A DNA stretch of 64,000 nt, from contig JBNKQQ010000024.1 in assembly GCA_050295955.1 (NCBI GenBank), positions 88,529 to 152,528 of the forward strand. Reading direction: 5' to 3'. Source of the stretch: Thiohalomonadales bacterium (lineage in GTDB: Bacteria; Pseudomonadota; Gammaproteobacteria; RBG-16-57-12). Below the pieces are notes generated by a model that saw nothing but the letters and a program-made list of their open reading frames with translations, made no database searches and was not told where the DNA came from. This document shows, piece by piece, positions 1 through 8,844 of this stretch. The translations under genes were made by a program, and so were the position numbers. The number at the start of each line of letters is the position of its first letter. The stretch's first letter is position 1.

Positions 1-432
1 GAATGGAAAACTACGATTAATCTGACGCCGCGCCACCAGTGGTGCAAACAGCGTACACTGAGCCAAGCCATCCCCCTGCATTATCGCCGGAGCAAAAATT
101 GCAGCCTCAGAGTATCGCTCTGTAGCACTCAATAAATCATCAATAGTAGATGGATCAGTAAAACAGGCATCAGGATTCATCAGTAGAGCAAATGGCGTAG
201 AGACTCTCTCCAAGGCCACATTATTTGCCGGACCAAAACCAATATTTTTCTCATTCGAAATAACTTCGACGAAAGGAAAATTTTCACGAATATAGTCTGG
301 CGTACCATCACTACTCGCATTATCCACCACAAAGGTAGGAATACCCGCAGGAATACTACTCAAAGCAGTACCGATAACACTTTTACTGTTATAGCTCACC
401 AGAATAATCGTTACTTGCTCGGCTCCCATCAT
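1..432 (-). CDS. Glycosyltransferase family 2 (partial, N-terminal part; continues beyond left edge)
   Basis: Reverse-strand translation from ATG at 432..430 gives MGAEQVTIILVSYNSKSVIGTALSSIPAGIPTFVVDNASSDGT..., a typical GT2 N-terminus (ILVSYN...DN.S.D). The start overlaps the stop of the downstream GT4 gene as ATGA. It is absent from the ORF track because no stop falls inside the window. Confidence 0.6.
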   Translation of the reverse strand, partial: MMGAEQVTIILVSYNSKSVIGTALSSIPAGIPTFVVDNASSDGTPDYIRENFPFVEVISNEKNIGFGPANNVALERVSTPFALLMNPDACFTDPSTIDDLLSATERYSEAAIFAPAIMQGDGLAQCTLFAPLVARRQINRSFPF

Positions 433-1574
433 ACGGAAAACTCTTCAGCATAAGGTGGCAGACCAAAAGAGGCTAGATATGCAGTGGTACTCGCCTCAAT
501 CTCATAAGGGAGTGCCGCCTCCTGTAACACCTGTTTTGGCAATGGATTATCCAAGGTCTTGATGATCTCTCTTGCCATCGCTCGATCATCACCCAAATCA
601 ACCAGTGAACCATACTTACCGTCTTGCAGAATCTCTCTGGGACCACTTGGGCAATCAGTAGAGACGACAGGCGTACCAACCGCCAGGGACTCTATTACCA
701 CAAAGCCCAGGCCTTCCCATAGTGAGGCAAAGGCAAATAGCGCCGCATGCTGCATAAAAGCATAAGGATTGGGTTGAAAGCCCACTAGGTCAACGTTATC
801 CGCAACATCTAATTCAGCCGCAATAGCGAGAAGTTCATCATGCTTATTACCTTTACCTAAGATCACTAAGCGACACTCTCGCTGCTTACGCACCTCAGCA
901 AAAGCACGAATCACTGTTGCAAAATCTTTGCGGTAACAGAGCTCCCCCACACCAAGAATGACTGGAGGCTCCCCCGGCTGAAACCAGGGATGATCGGGTC
1001 GCGACTGCTCATCCTCAAAGAGTGATGCAGAAACCACCGGGCTGGGTACGACATTGATGCGGTCTCTAGACAAACCGGTATACTCCGCCATATCATCCGC
1101 CACCCCCTTTGAGGTCACAATGACATTATCTGCATAAGGGTAGAGCTTCCCCATAGAATTACGTTGCAACCAACGGTCAAACCAGCCTCGACTCGCCAAA
1201 TCGATTGAGATAGTCGTACCAGAGCTCAATACCAGTCGGGTATCCACACCCGCTAACCATTTGGCAATAATGGCAGTACGATTAACCCGATCCTTATCAG
1301 AGAGCATGACAACAGGCCGCTCTCGTTTTAAATAACGCACTACCGCAGGCAGGCTTGGATAAACATGCTTGCTACCCAAATCAATGATATTTAGTCCTGG
1401 CAGATCCTCATCAATGTAGGGCCCATGCTTGCGCACATGGAGCAAATCAATCTGATAGCCTCTATTAAGGATGGCAGGAATCAGGTGTTTCATTGCCCGA
1501 TCCACACCACTGTGGCCAGAGGTGGCAAAAAAACAGGCTATCTTTGGGGGTGCGGGCATCGGAGACATTCTCAA
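429..1574 (-). CDS. Glycosyltransferase family 4 (GT-B fold, retaining)
   Basis: 381-aa ORF with a C-terminal GT4 signature region (EGLGFVVIESLAVGTPVVSTDCPSGPREIL). Paralogous to the + strand GT4 at 2637..3740. Confidence 0.8.
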   Translation of the reverse strand: MRMSPMPAPPKIACFFATSGHSGVDRAMKHLIPAILNRGYQIDLLHVRKHGPYIDEDLPGLNIIDLGSKHVYPSLPAVVRYLKRERPVVMLSDKDRVNRTAIIAKWLAGVDTRLVLSSGTTISIDLASRGWFDRWLQRNSMGKLYPYADNVIVTSKGVADDMAEYTGLSRDRINVVPSPVVSASLFEDEQSRPDHPWFQPGEPPVILGVGELCYRKDFATVIRAFAEVRKQRECRLVILGKGNKHDELLAIAAELDVADNVDLVGFQPNPYAFMQHAALFAFASLWEGLGFVVIESLAVGTPVVSTDCPSGPREILQDGKYGSLVDLGDDRAMAREIIKTLDNPLPKQVLQEAALPYEIEASTTAYLASFGLPPYAEEFSV

Positions 1575-1590
1575 TATACAGTGGTTCGGT

Positions 1591-2544
1591 TTACGCCAAT
1601 TTGCGCATTTTAATCTTATCTGTCAGCCATTTTACCACCCCTTTAGGAAACATCAGCATCCACGCCAATTTATTCGGCGCTTCGCGCCACTGCTGAGCTA
1701 AACCGATACCGGCATGCAGGGAAAAACGGACATAGCGGTGGTAACTGTCCAGTCGATGTCGACGTGTAAAGTAGTGGGCGGAGCGGGCAATCTCCCGCAG
1801 ATAATAGTGACGAAATCCCTGGGGATTACGCATACGAATTTTGAAGATATTGGCGGTCAACCCATCCGCATGCTGCTCAATATGTTGGAACACCTCATTC
1901 ACATAAAGGCATTGGTAGTGCTCTGCCAGATCCTCCCAAAGGATAGAATCCCGAATATGTTTCTCGCCAGGAAATAGCGGATAGGGGTATTGTCGTAGCA
2001 GATCCGTACGCAACGCGCCCTTTTTATCCCCCCACACACCCAGTTTGTAGTGTACTTCAAGAAAGTTTGAGACCAGACGATCCTGCGGGTAGGGAGCGCC
2101 ACAAATTTGACCATCCGCCGTTGCGGTATGCCCTTCAACACCAGAGAAGTGTGGCCGTTCTTCTTCGGGAATAGAAAGCCAGTGCCGCCATAAACGCTCC
2201 AACGCATCGGGAAGCAGCTCATCATCAGAGTCCAGAGAGACGAACAGTTTCCCTCTAGCCAGCTTTATCGCCACATTGTGAGCGGCCACCTTTCCCTGAT
2301 TAGCTTGTGGATGGTAGATCACCGGAAACTCCACCTGCTGCTGCCAGCCTTCCACCAACTGCGCAGTATTGTCCGTCGATCCATCATCGATAATGACCAC
2401 CTCAAAATCTCGTAGGCTCTGTTTCTCGACGCTGTTCAGAGCGCTTTGCAACAGATGGGCACGATTATAGGTAGGTATAAAGATGGTAAACGCAAACTCA
2501 GCCACAGCGCTTTTGGTTAATTCGCCTTCACCAGAATGACCCAA
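1591..2544 (-). CDS. Glycosyltransferase family 2
   Basis: 317 aa with a GT2 N-terminal motif FTIFIPTYNRAHLLQSALNSVEKQSLRDFEVVIIDDGSTDNT. It lies 17 bp upstream of the next GT gene on the same strand, consistent with an operon. Confidence 0.8.
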   Translation of the reverse strand: MGHSGEGELTKSAVAEFAFTIFIPTYNRAHLLQSALNSVEKQSLRDFEVVIIDDGSTDNTAQLVEGWQQQVEFPVIYHPQANQGKVAAHNVAIKLARGKLFVSLDSDDELLPDALERLWRHWLSIPEEERPHFSGVEGHTATADGQICGAPYPQDRLVSNFLEVHYKLGVWGDKKGALRTDLLRQYPYPLFPGEKHIRDSILWEDLAEHYQCLYVNEVFQHIEQHADGLTANIFKIRMRNPQGFRHYYLREIARSAHYFTRRHRLDSYHRYVRFSLHAGIGLAQQWREAPNKLAWMLMFPKGVVKWLTDKIKMRKLA

Positions 2545-2636
2545 CAGAACTCTCCTCCAATATCACTTTGCGGCAAAACAGGATAAAATCACTAAAGCCA
2601 GTTATTTTACGACAATCAGAAAGACATCGATAGCTA

Positions 2637-3740
2637 ATGGATAAACAGAAAATCGCCATCTACATCTCCTTTTCCGGTGAAGGAGGAGTGGAGCGCATGG
2701 TGAGCAACCTGATTCACGAATTTGTTCGCAAAGGACACCCCGTAGATCTGCTACTCATTAAAGCCCGAGGCGAGCACCTCAAACGCCTCCCCTCTTCGGT
2801 GAACATCATCAAATTGGGCTCTGACCACTCCTATCTGACCCTTGGCCCTTTAGCAAGCTATTTGAAAAAAGAGCAGCCCAAGGCCCTGCTAGCAGTAAAG
2901 CATCGGGCGATTGTCGTTGCGGTTCTGGCACGCATGCTGGCAGGCACATCAACCCGCTTGGTAGGCCGACTGGGCACCAACCTCTCCCAGGCCCTGGAAG
3001 GCAAAAGTGCAGTGCGCAAATGGATATGGCATAAGCCCATGCAGTGGCTCTACCCTAAAATGGATTTAATTATCCCAGTATCAGAGGGTGTGCTAGAAGA
3101 TGTCAGCCAGATCACCGGCCTGGGCAGAGATAAGCTGCAAGTGATTCGTAACCCGGTGATTACCCCACAAATGACCTCGCTGGCTGAAGAGCCTATCGAT
3201 CACCCATGGTTTGGCGATGGAGAGTCACCCATTATCTTAGGGGCTGGACGCTTCACCCGACAAAAAGATTTCATCACACTGATCAAAGCCTTTGCACAAG
3301 TACACAAGCAGCGCCCCTGCCGCCTAGTGCTATTAGGTCATGGGCAACTACAGCAACAGTACCAATCTCTAGCAGAAGAGCTGGGGGTAGCTGAAGATCT
3401 CTCCATGCCAGGCTTTGCCAAAAATCCCTACCCCTACATGAAGCAAGCAGACCTGTTTGTACTCTCATCGGCCTGGGAAGGCTCTCCCAATGTACTTTCT
3501 GAAGCCCTAGCTCAAGGCACTGCCGTTGTCGCAACGGACTGTCCAAGTGGACCAAGGGAAGTGCTGGATGGAGGGAAAATAGCACCACTCGTCGCAGTAG
3601 GTGATGTAGAGGGAATGGCCCAAGCAATCCTTCAGGCACTGGATAACCCCAGCCCCCCCCAGGAACTTCGCAATGCCGTTTCTGAATATACGGCTGAAGT
3701 GAGCTCCCAGCGATACCTAGACGCCCTAGGCATCGAATAG
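2637..3740 (+). CDS. Glycosyltransferase family 4 (paralog of 429..1574)
   Basis: 367 aa. Shares DHPWF, KDF, CRLV(L/I)LG and (E)G..NV..EALA.GTAVVATDCPSGPREVL with the divergent GT4. Confidence 0.8.
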   Translation: MDKQKIAIYISFSGEGGVERMVSNLIHEFVRKGHPVDLLLIKARGEHLKRLPSSVNIIKLGSDHSYLTLGPLASYLKKEQPKALLAVKHRAIVVAVLARMLAGTSTRLVGRLGTNLSQALEGKSAVRKWIWHKPMQWLYPKMDLIIPVSEGVLEDVSQITGLGRDKLQVIRNPVITPQMTSLAEEPIDHPWFGDGESPIILGAGRFTRQKDFITLIKAFAQVHKQRPCRLVLLGHGQLQQQYQSLAEELGVAEDLSMPGFAKNPYPYMKQADLFVLSSAWEGSPNVLSEALAQGTAVVATDCPSGPREVLDGGKIAPLVAVGDVEGMAQAILQALDNPSPPQELRNAVSEYTAEVSSQRYLDALGIE

Positions 3741-3781
3741 TGATAAAATACCCCCATTGATCCAGCAAGAGCGAAACCAAT

Positions 3782-4438
3782 ATGTTGTTATCCCACCGAT
3801 ATAACTTTCTTTTTGTCCATATTGCCAAAACCGGCGGTACCAGTGCCCGTGCGGCACTAGCAAGGAAAGCCATGTGGGATCCCTATCGCATGCCAATGTG
3901 GGTATGCAGCAAGCTCAGCCATCTCACTGGTCACAAGCTGGGCAGCAAATTCCCCCGGCACTCAAAAATTATCGCCGCCAAAGAAATGCTACCCCACGAG
4001 TTTTTTGATGGGCTCTTTAAATTTGCCTTTGTCCGAAATCCCTGGGATCTACAAGTGAGCTCATTCCACCACATCCGTCGTGAGCGACCACAATATCTAT
4101 TTGGCCATGATAACTTCAAAGATTTCATGAAGTTCAAACTGGATCCAGAGCGCCCTTATCAATACCATGTTGACACATCAATTGAACTGCAAAGCGACTA
4201 TCTCATCGATCTACATGGAAAGATCGTTACTGACTTCATTGGTCGCTACGAAAATCTACACGATGACTTCGCCCAAGCATGTGAAAAAATCGGTATTCAA
4301 TGCCAGTTACCAGAAAAACGTATCTCCACAGATCGTAGCCGTGACTATCGGGGCTACTACGATGATGAAACCATGGAATTGGTTGCCAATCACTTTAAAC
4401 AGGATATTGAGCTACTTCATTATCGCTTTGAGGAATGA
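3782..4438 (+). CDS. Sulfotransferase (family 2/Stf0-like, PAPS-dependent)
   Basis: 218 aa. Has a 5-prime-PSB-like motif HIAKTGGTS and a 3-prime-PB-like motif VRNPWDLQVSSF. Sits 41 bp downstream of the GT4, so probably co-transcribed. Confidence 0.7.
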   Translation: MLLSHRYNFLFVHIAKTGGTSARAALARKAMWDPYRMPMWVCSKLSHLTGHKLGSKFPRHSKIIAAKEMLPHEFFDGLFKFAFVRNPWDLQVSSFHHIRRERPQYLFGHDNFKDFMKFKLDPERPYQYHVDTSIELQSDYLIDLHGKIVTDFIGRYENLHDDFAQACEKIGIQCQLPEKRISTDRSRDYRGYYDDETMELVANHFKQDIELLHYRFEE

Positions 4439-4455
4439 AGCTCATTCCTTTATTA
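4425..4455 (+). terminator. Rho-independent terminator after the sulfotransferase
   Basis: AGGAATGA-AGC-TCATTCCT perfect 8-bp stem followed by TTTATTA. Confidence 0.5.
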
Positions 4456-4521
4456 CAACGTTAAAGCTCCGCTCTTTCTTTTGTACCAATAGCGCTATAT
4501 TTACCCTAAGCAAAGCAAAAG

Positions 4522-4556
4522 CCCCCGCAGTAGCAACAAGCCACTGCAGGGGCAAA
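4522..4556 (-). terminator. Probable terminator of the glnE-ilvE-zf operon (minus strand)
   Basis: GCCCCCGCAGT...ACTGCAGGGGC 11-bp stem with one mismatch. On the minus strand it is followed by TTTTGCTTTGCTT. A second, smaller hairpin lies at about 4563..4590. Confidence 0.4.
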
Positions 4557-4587
4557 CGCTTAATCCGCATACTAAGTAGGGTGCGGA

Positions 4588-4830
4588 TCAACCTTCTACT
4601 AAGTACTCCGCACCACAATAAGGGCATTTACCCTTGCCATCCTTCATAGGAATGAACACCCGTGGATGAGAGTTCCAAAGACTCATGCCATCCATTGGGC
4701 AGTGCAGAGGCAAATCAGATTTGCTAACGGTGTATTTGTTCTCTTTGTTTGGCAGGATCTCGCCCACTTCAGGGCAAGCTTGTGATGTTCCGGAAGTCAT
4801 GTTCTCTCCTGTTGTATCAGAAGTTATCAT
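4588..4830 (-). CDS. Small zinc-finger protein (zf-CHCC / NDUFS6-like)
   Basis: 80 aa ending LHCPMDGMSLWNSHPRVFIPMKDGKGKCPYCGAEY, a C-H-C-C spacing typical of the zf-CHCC domain. Located immediately downstream of ilvE on the same strand. Confidence 0.5.
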   Translation of the reverse strand: MITSDTTGENMTSGTSQACPEVGEILPNKENKYTVSKSDLPLHCPMDGMSLWNSHPRVFIPMKDGKGKCPYCGAEYLVEG

Positions 4831-4866
4831 TCGCGAGCATGCTCAGTGCACGCTCGCGGCTTTCTC

Positions 4867-5793
4867 TTATACCAAGGCAATCCACTCATCATGGCCTTCG
4901 CCACGACCATGCACCAAATCAAAGTAGAGGGTTTGCAGCTTTTCAGTAATCGGGCCACGATGGCCAGCACCAATCTGGCGACCATCCAGTTCACGGATTG
5001 GCGTTACCTCAGCAGCAGTGCCTGTGAAGAAGGCTTCATCCGCGACGTAAACCTCATCACGGGTAATACGCTTTTCACGTACTTCGATACCCAGTTCTTT
5101 ACACAGGGTCATGATAGTAGAACGGGTGATACCGTCCAGCGCAGAGGTCAGCTCAGGGGTGTAGATCACACCGTCACGTACCAGGAAGAAGTTCTCCCCA
5201 CTCCCTTCTGCAACATAGCCATCCACATCCAGCAGTAACGCCTCATCGTAACCATCACGCAGAGCCTCTCCCAAGGCCAGCATGGAATTCATATAGTTAC
5301 CATTGGCTTTCGCCTTACACATGGCAATATTCACATGGTGGCGGGTATAGGAGGAGGTGCGGATGCGAATCCCCTGCTCCAATGCATCTTTACCCAGGTA
5401 AGTACCCCAAGACCACGCAGCAATCATTACATGCACTTTAAGATTGTCTGCGCGCAGGCCCATCCCCTCTGAACCATAGAAAGCCATAGGACGAATATAG
5501 GCTGACTCTAAATTGTTTTCACGTACCGCTGCACGAGTCGCTTCGTTGATCTCATCCTTACTGTAAGGCATAGGCATATTCATGATATGCGCAGAGCGGA
5601 ACAGGCGGTTGGTATGCTCCTCCAAGCGGAAGATAGCAGTACCCTTATCCGTATTGTAAGCGCGTACCCCCTCAAAGACGCCCATACCGTAATGTAGGGT
5701 GTGGGTCAGTACATGAACCTTGGCATCGCGCCAGGGTACCATTTCACCATCTAGCCAGATGACGCCGTCGCGATCATCCATACTCATGCTCAA
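4867..5793 (-). CDS. ilvE: Branched-chain amino acid aminotransferase
   Basis: 308 aa, with the class IV aminotransferase N-terminus ...WLDGEMVPWRDAKVHVLTHTLHYGMGVFEGVRAY. Confidence 0.9.
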   Translation of the reverse strand: MSMSMDDRDGVIWLDGEMVPWRDAKVHVLTHTLHYGMGVFEGVRAYNTDKGTAIFRLEEHTNRLFRSAHIMNMPMPYSKDEINEATRAAVRENNLESAYIRPMAFYGSEGMGLRADNLKVHVMIAAWSWGTYLGKDALEQGIRIRTSSYTRHHVNIAMCKAKANGNYMNSMLALGEALRDGYDEALLLDVDGYVAEGSGENFFLVRDGVIYTPELTSALDGITRSTIMTLCKELGIEVREKRITRDEVYVADEAFFTGTAAEVTPIRELDGRQIGAGHRGPITEKLQTLYFDLVHGRGEGHDEWIALV

Positions 5794-5816
5794 CTCCTCA
5801 ATCTCGAAAATTCAAA

Positions 5817-8693
5817 CTATTGATCAGCAACCATTAACTGCTGCCAGATCCGGATAACCTCTTGCCGATAGCCGGTAAACGCCTCATCATCGCTAATTGC
5901 GGGTAACTCCTGTAGCGCTAATCGATGTCCCTCCGCCCGATAGTGGCGATAGGCATCACATAGTAACTCCGCATCGGTCTGTGACATCAGACCAAACTTC
6001 GCAAACATCTCTAATATGCGAATGTTATCGGTATAGCGACACAACTCGGGATATTGGGCGGACCAAGCCAGAACCCCATATTGCACCATAAATTCGATGT
6101 CAGCGATACCTCCTTGACCCTGTTTTAGGTCAAATTTTCCATCAACTTTCTTCACCAACGAGTCACGCATCTTCTCGCGCATCTCCCGAACCTCATTTCT
6201 TAGCGTTTCCGCATCTCGAGGCTGGCTCAACACCTGCTGGCGAATCTGTTCAAATTTGGCCGTGACTTTATCATCACCCACCACCACTCTGGCACGCACC
6301 AAAGCCTGATGCTCCCAAGTCCATGCTTTCTCCTGCTGATATTCGGCAAAAGCTTTCACACTCGTCACCAGCAAACCTGACGCCCCACTGGGGCGCAGTC
6401 GCATATCCGTGTCGTAGAGCACGCCAGATGGAGTATGTACTGTCATGATATGGATAATTCGCTGTCCCAGTCGGGCAAAAAACACCGAATTATCAATAGG
6501 TTTTTCACCTGAAGTCTCGCCACTAGGCCCTGCATGGAGAAACACTAAATCCAGATCCGAACCATAGCCCAGTTCAATACCACCCATTTTTCCATAGGCA
6601 ATAATGGCAAAGGCCAAATCACACGCTTGGTCATCAATGCGACAGACTGGACTGCCATGCTTGGCAACCATGTAGTTCCAAGCGAGTTCAGCCACCTTCT
6701 CCAGCAACACCTCTGCCAACCAGGTAAGGTGGTCACTCACCTTCATCAGCGGTAGTGCATTATTCAGATCAGCCGCAGCCACCCGCAAGACATGGATCTG
6801 CTTGAAATGGCGCAGCTGCTCCATCGCCGCCTCTAAATCCGTCTCATCAATGCCACCAAGCGATTGTTGTAACTCTTTTTTCAAGCCATCTCTGTCAGGT
6901 GGACTATAGAGACTACGAGGATCCAATAGCTCATCCAACAACATGGGGTGCTGTTGGAGAAACTTACCAATCCAAGCACTGCTGGAAAAGAGATAAACCA
7001 ATTGGGAAAGCGCAACCGGGTTTTCGATCAACAGCGCAATATAAGCAGAGCGTCTAGCAATGGTCTCAATCAACCCAACGACCCTTTGTAGCGTCTGCGT
7101 ACTATTTTGGGTCTTGGCTATGGCGCTCAGCAATAATGGCATCAGTTGATCGAGCCGCCCCCGCCCAATATGGCTAAGAGTGCGTAGTGCCCGCGACTGA
7201 TGCAATCCCCTGAGCTGGTTGACCACTTCCTTCGGATCATCAAAGCCTGCCTGTTGCAGGAGCACTAATTCATCATCACCGGGCTCTTCACATAACCATA
7301 TGGGCCCCAACTTATCCTCTTCACTTTTATCCTTTTGTGGAGCGGTGATCACCTGATCAAAGTGCTCCTGTACCTTATTGCGATGACGCTGCAATACCTG
7401 TTGATAGGCCTGCCAGCTCTCAAAGCCCATTCCCACTGCCAGGCGCAACTTACCCTCATCATCTTTAGGCAAATCATGGCTCTGCTGATCTCGCCACTGC
7501 TGTATACGGTGCTCACTGTTACGCAAGAAAATATAGGCTTCGGCAAGGTCCTTTACCACGTATTCAGGCAGGCACTTCTCTACCACCAACTGCTGGAGAA
7601 TATAGAGAATCTCCCGGCGCTGCAGATTCTTCAAGCGACCGCCTCGTATCAACTGGAAGACTTGACCAATAAACTCCACCTCACGAATTCCACCAGGCCC
7701 CAGCTTTACATTATCCAGCATCCCCTTACGCTTCACCTCACGCATGATCATCCCCTTCATCTCTCGCAGGGATTCAAATACGCCATAGTCGATGTAACGC
7801 CGGTAGACAAATGGGCGTAATAGTTCCATCAGCTGTTTACCTGCCTCTTGATCACCAGCACAGACCCTCGCCTTGATCATGGCGTAACGCTCCCACTCTC
7901 GCCCATGCAACTGGTAATACTGCTCCATGGAAGAGAAGGAGATCGCCAGGGGGCCACTCTCCCCAAAGGGACGCAAACGCATATCCACCCGAAACACCTG
8001 ACCATCTTCAGTCAGGTTATCCAAAGCCTGGATCACCTTTTGTCCCAATTGACGGAAAAATTCCTCATTACTCAGGCTACGCGCCTCGCCATCGGTCTGT
8101 CCCTGTTCAGGGTAAGCAAAGATCAAATCGATATCCGATGAATAATTCAACTCCCTGGCACCCAGCTTACCCATTCCCAAAATCACCAATTGCTGGGCTT
8201 TGCCCTGGCTAGAGCGGGGAACTCCGTAGCGCTCTGTTAACACGCCATAGTGGTAGACCAAGGCCTCTTGCAGTGCCGCGTCTGCCATATCAGAAAGATC
8301 AGAGGTAGACTCCTGAAGTGTTGCTAAGCCACAGATATCCCGCCAAGCAATGCGCACCATCTCCCGGCGGCGAAAGTGGCGCAACGAGCGATTCAATGCG
8401 GCCTCATCCTCAACCCCGTCCATCTGTTGCCGCAGTCGTAGCAACATTCCCTTCGAATCATAGCAAGTTTGCAAATCGCCACTCTCAACCAGCGATTCCA
8501 ACATCAATGGATCGCGGAGTGAAGCCTGCATGACAAACTCACTACACCCCCACACCCTCATCAGTTGAAGCTTTAGCATGTCATCAGAATAGAGTGATGG
8601 CTTATCACTATATCGCTGTAACGTTTCACAATAGTGCTGCCACTGGGGCTCAAGGCGCTGCTGCCAAGTTTCAGGAAGCGGAGAAGTGGACAT
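5817..8693 (-). CDS. glnE: Bifunctional glutamine synthetase adenylyltransferase/adenylyl-removing enzyme
   Basis: 958 aa. Two nucleotidyltransferase halves are visible (GMGKLGARELNYSSDIDLIF and GKMGGIELGYGSDLDLVF). Adjacent to ilvE as in Pseudomonas. Confidence 0.9.
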   Translation of the reverse strand: MSTSPLPETWQQRLEPQWQHYCETLQRYSDKPSLYSDDMLKLQLMRVWGCSEFVMQASLRDPLMLESLVESGDLQTCYDSKGMLLRLRQQMDGVEDEAALNRSLRHFRRREMVRIAWRDICGLATLQESTSDLSDMADAALQEALVYHYGVLTERYGVPRSSQGKAQQLVILGMGKLGARELNYSSDIDLIFAYPEQGQTDGEARSLSNEEFFRQLGQKVIQALDNLTEDGQVFRVDMRLRPFGESGPLAISFSSMEQYYQLHGREWERYAMIKARVCAGDQEAGKQLMELLRPFVYRRYIDYGVFESLREMKGMIMREVKRKGMLDNVKLGPGGIREVEFIGQVFQLIRGGRLKNLQRREILYILQQLVVEKCLPEYVVKDLAEAYIFLRNSEHRIQQWRDQQSHDLPKDDEGKLRLAVGMGFESWQAYQQVLQRHRNKVQEHFDQVITAPQKDKSEEDKLGPIWLCEEPGDDELVLLQQAGFDDPKEVVNQLRGLHQSRALRTLSHIGRGRLDQLMPLLLSAIAKTQNSTQTLQRVVGLIETIARRSAYIALLIENPVALSQLVYLFSSSAWIGKFLQQHPMLLDELLDPRSLYSPPDRDGLKKELQQSLGGIDETDLEAAMEQLRHFKQIHVLRVAAADLNNALPLMKVSDHLTWLAEVLLEKVAELAWNYMVAKHGSPVCRIDDQACDLAFAIIAYGKMGGIELGYGSDLDLVFLHAGPSGETSGEKPIDNSVFFARLGQRIIHIMTVHTPSGVLYDTDMRLRPSGASGLLVTSVKAFAEYQQEKAWTWEHQALVRARVVVGDDKVTAKFEQIRQQVLSQPRDAETLRNEVREMREKMRDSLVKKVDGKFDLKQGQGGIADIEFMVQYGVLAWSAQYPELCRYTDNIRILEMFAKFGLMSQTDAELLCDAYRHYRAEGHRLALQELPAISDDEAFTGYRQEVIRIWQQLMVADQ

Positions 8694-8844
8694 GAATGTG
8701 GCCTTTTTGGTTGAAATGCAGAGAGTTAGTTTAGCAAGCTGTTACGTGCAATTCATTAATCATCGGTTTCTAAAGCTCTGCACCACCACACCGATAAATG
8801 TTGCATATCACCCTACGATAAGAACACTAGCTAAAGGCCGCATT

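Noticed and set aside
4167-4649. 160-aa plus-strand ORF spanning the sulfotransferase terminator, the ilvE-operon terminator hairpins and the zf-CHCC gene
   Set aside because: It crosses two predicted terminator hairpins and overlaps a better-supported minus-strand small gene. The sequence is low complexity.
7335-7820. 161-aa plus-strand ORF antisense to glnE
   Set aside because: It overlaps the glnE coding sequence and has no supporting motifs.
8686-8844. N-terminal 53-codon extension of the pilU ORF (MDMNVAFLVEM...) overlapping the glnE start
   Set aside because: The conserved PilT/PilU N-terminus begins at MELKDYLRIMV (8845). The extension has no homology and overlaps a divergent gene start.
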